DNA of 64,000 nt. Origin: Bugula neritina. Lineage: Eukaryota; Animalia; Bryozoa. Below are positions 58,701 through 64,000 of this stretch, in pieces. The stretch is from the NCBI GenBank assembly GCA_964035545.1, contig OZ037765.1, forward strand, positions 11,480,698 through 11,544,697. Direction: 5' to 3'. The notes under the pieces are model-generated. The model saw only the letters and a list, made by a program, of their open reading frames with translations. It ran no database searches and was not told the origin of the DNA. Both the position numbers and the translations under genes were made by a program. Position 1 is the stretch's first letter. Every line of letters begins with the position of its first letter.

Positions 58701-61700
58701 TTCAATTGAGACAATTGATTAGATTATATATCCTAATTTAGCACTGCAGTATTCCAGAACGAAATTGCCTCACAAATATACAGGCGCAGTATTGAATATA
58801 TATGCAGCTGACCATTTATTCATGAAATCTCATATTGCTGTACTCTAGCTAAATACACATTTGATATGGTCAGCAAGTTGTTTAGTTGAGACGTACATTT
58901 TGTTGCAATTAACCACACAATTTGGTAGCTAAAATGACTTAGAGAAGTTTGGGCAAGTAATAGAATCAGCTCAGGGCATTCAGTCGTGTCATTTAAACCA
59001 GATTCATATTTTATTCATGTGAAGCAGTCCGATTAAAAATTGTCATTCATGTCACTGCGACTGCTATTACAATAGAGTATTGGGTAGAGGCTTGAAGTTA
59101 TACAATCTTAGCTAACAATGCTGCTTAATATTATTGTTTTTGTTCAAGTGAAGTGTTGATGGAATAAATCCATAAATACCATTGATTAGGCATTAGCATT
59201 TGCTTAACACGGTAACCATTAATCTGCTTCATGCAGTAAAATAATGTGTGCCATTGTAATAATAATCCTAATTGTGATTAGCAACTGACCCTATTGTACC
59301 TGGTTCGCTGTTGCACATGTACATGTATTATACGACATTTTAGAAAGTAGAAAATGGTGATTTCAACTGGACTTTACCTAAAAAGTTTTTATCTTTTTGT
59401 GGTCCACATCCAAAGAGCTGTATAGAGAATGGTAAATGTGGCACCTAGTAGTGTTGTGATTGGCTGTAACATGCTCAGTGTGGCTGGCACTAACACCTTG
59501 TAGTATTTCTTCTACACACAAAATTTAGTGAAAATTAGCTTTCGGTTGTTATCTAATCTTAGTGTAGATTGCCTTCACTCCAACTATAATTGTTTTAACA
59601 TTCCAAATGTTTGGTATCATCTGGATTATGGGTATATCTGAGTCTATTATATAAGATCACATAAGATGGTGACTAAAATAATACTAACTTGCTAGTCAGT
59701 TCAAGTAAATAGCAGTCAGTGTAAAACTCTTGATACTTGGAACTGCCTACCAAGATGCCTAGAGTCGATTGTAAAACTCAGCAAGTCAACAATTATTATG
59801 TTGGAGTTGGAAATTTCTTGCTTTTATCTTCACAGTAGGACGCTCCTTTCTCAGACTTACTAACGTGTGTGCAAACATATTTGTGTTGTGTGTGACATTC
59901 CTAATTATTTGTTGTATGTATTTTCTTTTTGGTTATTCCTAAAATCTGTAGAAATTAGAGAATGGGGACTTGAATTGGGTGCTGCCAGGAAAGTTTGTGG
60001 CGTTTAGTGGACCACACGCTCAGTCAAACAATAACAGTGGTAGACGTATTGTTTTATATTTCATGCTTCAGAATAGAGGGTGTTCATACTTGAATGGTTG
60101 TTACTAAAATAGATTTACTACTTGTGTTTTACAACAAGCAACTAGTATACACACCCGGTTATTCTTTAACCAACACTGAAGGTTTATCCACCACATATGT
60201 GTACCTACACACAATATTCTGGCTATGAAACTTCCTGATCTGTTATTAGAATTTAAAATTGCCTACTCGCTAGACTGATCATAGTTGTATTAAATGAATA
60301 GTTAGGAGTTGTTATTTCATTGCTTTAATTCTAACGAATTAATATTGGCAATAAACTGGTCAATATGGGGGATTGGTAGTTGACAATGTAGGTAGTTGTT
60401 CTAGTAAAACTTGTTTTCATTCTAAGTTGATACCCTGATAAAGTCAATCAGGAGGGATACAATACATATTATTTCTATGGACGATTGCTTTTTCAAGTGT
60501 TAAATCAGTCATCTATCAATATGTATGTTGGCAACTTTCCATCCAGTTTGAATATTTTGTCAAAAGTTTTAATTTGCAATGATTAATAGAATTAGGAAAT
60601 GAAACTGCATGAATTAGCCTACCTAGTGTACACATTTAACTGAACGCAGTAAGGGGTTTACATATATAACTGGTGGATAGATTTTCAATCATGCTTCAAT
60701 TTATGCTCTGTTTGCTATGCTGGCTTCATTAAAACTGCTAAACTGATTTTAGGCTTTGGTGAGAGTGAATTGCCAAGTTTACTCTTTGTAATTGAACTTT
60801 GAGTATCAGGTTCATGAACCTTATTGTTTTAAGTAAAGGCCAAAAACATTTCTTTGAACTTGGACAATAGCCACTCACCCAAGCTATAGTAGTATGCTTT
60901 ATCTTAGAGAACTGCACTGTAAAGTTGTAATAATTGGTTATGAAATATAAATTGATACTTGTATTAATATTAATGAATAATTCGTGTTATTTGATATTGA
61001 AAATTCCAGCATTGTTTAATTAGTATAACTAATGTAGTTCCACTTTCTTTATCTTCAAAGGTTATCCATTGCATGCCCCTGAAGCCTACTTCCCATACTT
61101 TCGGAAAAATAATGTGACAACAATAATTCGGCTAAACAAAAAATTATACGATGCCAAGAGGTTTACTGATGGAGGCTTTGATCACCATGATCTCTTCTTT
61201 ATTGACGGCTCAACTCCTAGTGAATCTATAATCAAAAGATTTTTGGAGATTTGTGAATCAACGGATGGTGCTGTTGCTGTTCACTGCAAAGGTTAGCATG
61301 TAATTCATTACTTCAACTTGTTTGCTTCATTCGTGTCTTTGTTGTGTGGATAATCCACGCTTTTCTCCTTTATGCTCTTCAGCTGGCCTTGGTAGAACAG
61401 GCACACTCATCGGAATATATATCATGAAGCACTACAGATTCACAGCTGCCGAGACGATAGCGTGGCTGAGAATATGTCGGCCTGGCTCCGTGATTGGACC
61501 TCAGCAGAACTTTCTAGAAGAGTAAGAGCTTTACTTGAATACCCCCCCCCCCCCCTTCATTATTTACTCAACTCTGCATTCTAATAAAAATATTCAAAAT
61601 AAAACATTTTTAAAAATTAGATTTATTCACTTTAGATACAAACTAATTATAGTGTTGAAAAAGCCAGAACACATATTTTTGTTGTGGACAAGACATGCAA

Positions 61701-63949
61701 CTATAATAACAACCATTCTACTTGTGGACTTTAAATCAATGATGCATAGACTTATTCTTATCACTCAGTCTCATCACCACTCTCTTCTTCTCTCTGTATA
61801 CCTGTCACTCTCATCTAATTTCTAAATCTTCTTCTCTCCTTTCCTTCAACCCCACACAGCAATGAAAGTTGGTGTTGGAATCTCATTGTAAAGACTTACG
61901 CCAAAAAACATGAACCAAAAGTAGAGCAAATTCAAAGCTATTACCATAAAGATTGCATGCCTCTACCATATAATGATGTTTCTCCCAGCTCCTCTTATGA
62001 CGATCTCGATATTTTAAAATTTGCCCCAAATAAAAAGACTCGTGAACGTACACGATCTACATGTGCTCGACAAGTATGTACTCGGTATATTTTATCAAGG
62101 TGCTGAAACATTTACCCATTTGGCATATAATCTATAAATAACATCGTGAAATCTCTACAAAAAGTTGTGAAAAATTGACTGATTACCAAATATGCCTACT
62201 TTCGAAAATGTATTCTGAACAATGATAATTGACTATTTAAATTTAAAAGTTAGAAAGATATTTTGGAAAACAAAAATTAGATTTATTGTAAATGCCAAAT
62301 GTGTACTGTTTGCAGCACAAAATATGGTGCTCTTGTTTAGGGCAGCGTTAGTCACTCTGAAGCTTATATTTGAGCTTAGAGGTGGCAAGAAGCAGGTCCT
62401 GTATAGATTGGAGGGGTTGTTAGCATATGCCTATGTCATGTCATGTGTTTCAGAAAGCAGGCTTGGGCGTGGATGCAAGGAGATAGTCACAGGGCTAGAC
62501 AGAAGCATGGCCGGCAAGGGTATAAGTCAGTTAGTCCCACTCGGTATTCATACGACCATTTAGTCAGCTCTATGGACAGGATGCGCATCAAAGACTATGC
62601 CGACGATGATTATACACTTAGTAACAATAATAATGATGTTGACACCCGCTCCAGATACCTTGACAACTCGGTAAATTCTCAACTACCTTCATTTTGATAC
62701 TGCATGGCGAGTCACCCAACCAAACCAAACAAGCATTTGTCTTCCCCACACTTCTGCTGTTGCAAATGGCTGGACAACTTTTGTTTAATTGTCGGCTGCT
62801 GTTTATATGTTTTGTAAGTTGGCGAAGTGAAAGTAGAATGTCATTGGTTGTATTTGTAGAAAGTAACCTCAAGTCCTGCGAGAACTGTGGACGTGACGCA
62901 AGGAGATCGGCTGAATGCTCTAAAGGCAGCACATCAAAGGCAGCGACACTCCAGGGCAGCCACGACAGGTTCAAGGTAATTTATGCATAGAAATCATGTC
63001 TTGTATATCAACTATTTTGTTCCATCTTATGGGCGATATATGCATAAAAATTCTTCAGTCCGCAAGCTGTTAATATTAAATATAAATATATTTATTAATA
63101 TTGCAGCATTCTATTTATAAGTTTCATATTCTAGGAGTTTTGACCTAGCCCAAGCTAGATATCTGCGCTACAGTGACTGGTTGTAAGTTGGGGCATAACA
63201 ACGCACCCCCTTACTATTATATATAAATGCATACATGTACTAACAGTAGTCTCAGCCTGCTAAGCCGCATGGAGCATGCAACTCCTGGCTGGAGGCTGTT
63301 TTATTCAAAGCTCTTTGGCTTTTGCTCTTTCCAATGTCTTGTAAATGCACACTAACGATTTCCACACGTCATATACTTACCTTCTTTGATCAATTACTAT
63401 TTCGTGAGTTTTTGTTGTTTTGATTGGTTGATATGTACTATAATTATATCGTTTCGTAATGTTGTCAATGTCCTTCACTAAGTCCTTGAAAAGTTGTACC
63501 TTTAGCTTTGATATGCTTACCTTTTTCTTTCTGTTGAACAGTTAATGCTGTGTCTTCATAACATTATGTTTCATTGCTCTAAACACACATTGCACAGTTT
63601 TGCCATTGTTGCTATTGTGCTGATGTAAAGTGAAATATTTATGTCGCTACGTTTACTTCCAGAATTAATTGCTAAGATGTCAAAAAGTCTCTTTTGGGCT
63701 AATCAAAAGATCCATCTTTTTCAGATTTATTTTAGTAAGTTTCAATATCATATCTTACGTTGTATGATTTCGCAGCACTGAGGTGCCAAGAGATCACCAC
63801 CGAACCAGCACACAGCCGTACAGAAGCAGCGGTTCTCTGGCCAAGTCTGGCAGCGCGTCATCACCACATAAACACACGAGTACTGCTCATGTCACTGACA
63901 GCAAACGACTCGGTCATTCTGCTACGAGCAGCTCTTCAACTCTCAAACC
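52779..63949 (+). CDS. CDC14A: CDC14 dual-specificity phosphatase (CDC14A-like), 3'-partial; exons 52779-52848, 53528-53618, 54101-54176, 55416-55508, 57594-57673, 58176-58242, 58501-58563, [59344-59431 OR 59952-60039], 61061-61291, 61383-61521, [61860-62073 OR 62454-62670], 62860-62975, 63776-63949
   Basis: [76 protein letters not shown], catalytic [33 protein letters not shown]. Confidence 0.96.
59344..59431 (+). CDS. CDC14A: CDC14 mutually exclusive exon 8a ([29 protein letters not shown])
   Basis: 88 nt, tag|...|gtaaat, phase 0-1. Confidence 0.85.
59952..60039 (+). CDS. CDC14A: CDC14 mutually exclusive exon 8b ([29 protein letters not shown])
   Basis: 88 nt, tag|...|gtagac, phase 0-1, paralog of 8a. 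Confidence 0.85.
61860..62073 (+). CDS. CDC14A: CDC14 alternative exon 11a ([16 protein letters not shown]...TCARQ)
   Basis: Long polypyrimidine tract plus cag acceptor; open for 71 codons in the CDC14 frame; donor caa|gtatgt; same phases (2-0) as 62454-62670. Confidence 0.65.
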
Positions 63950-64000
63950 GTGAGTATTGTTAGTGTGACCATCTTTCACCGTGTAACTTCTCTGCACGAT

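Overview
AT-rich eukaryotic genomic DNA from an invertebrate metazoan (phylum not determinable by eye), with GT-AG introns and seven spliced protein-coding genes. In order they are: 3' end of a p120/delta-catenin (+), C8orf82/UPF0598 (-), katanin p80 KATNB1 (+), DPM1 (+), FANK1 (-), PERK/EIF2AK3 (+) and a 3'-incomplete CDC14 (+). The layout includes two head-to-head pairs (C8orf82/KATNB1, FANK1/PERK) and two tail-to-tail pairs (catenin/C8orf82, DPM1/FANK1). Exons were assembled by hand from splice sites and reading phase. Main observations: (1) three candidate pairs of tandem-duplicated, mutually exclusive exons (one in the KATNB1 C-terminal domain, two in CDC14) and a 495-nt Ser/Arg-rich cassette exon in KATNB1; (2) a degenerate 3/6-nt-periodic tract next to all six gene 5' ends in the window and not noticed elsewhere; (3) a multi-uORF leader on PERK, where one uORF stop overlaps the main ATG; (4) a perfect palindrome carrying AATAAA on both strands between DPM1 and FANK1. 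Also present are a MITE, scrambled RLE-type retrotransposon remnants and simple repeats. No database searches were run; homologies come from recalled family motifs.
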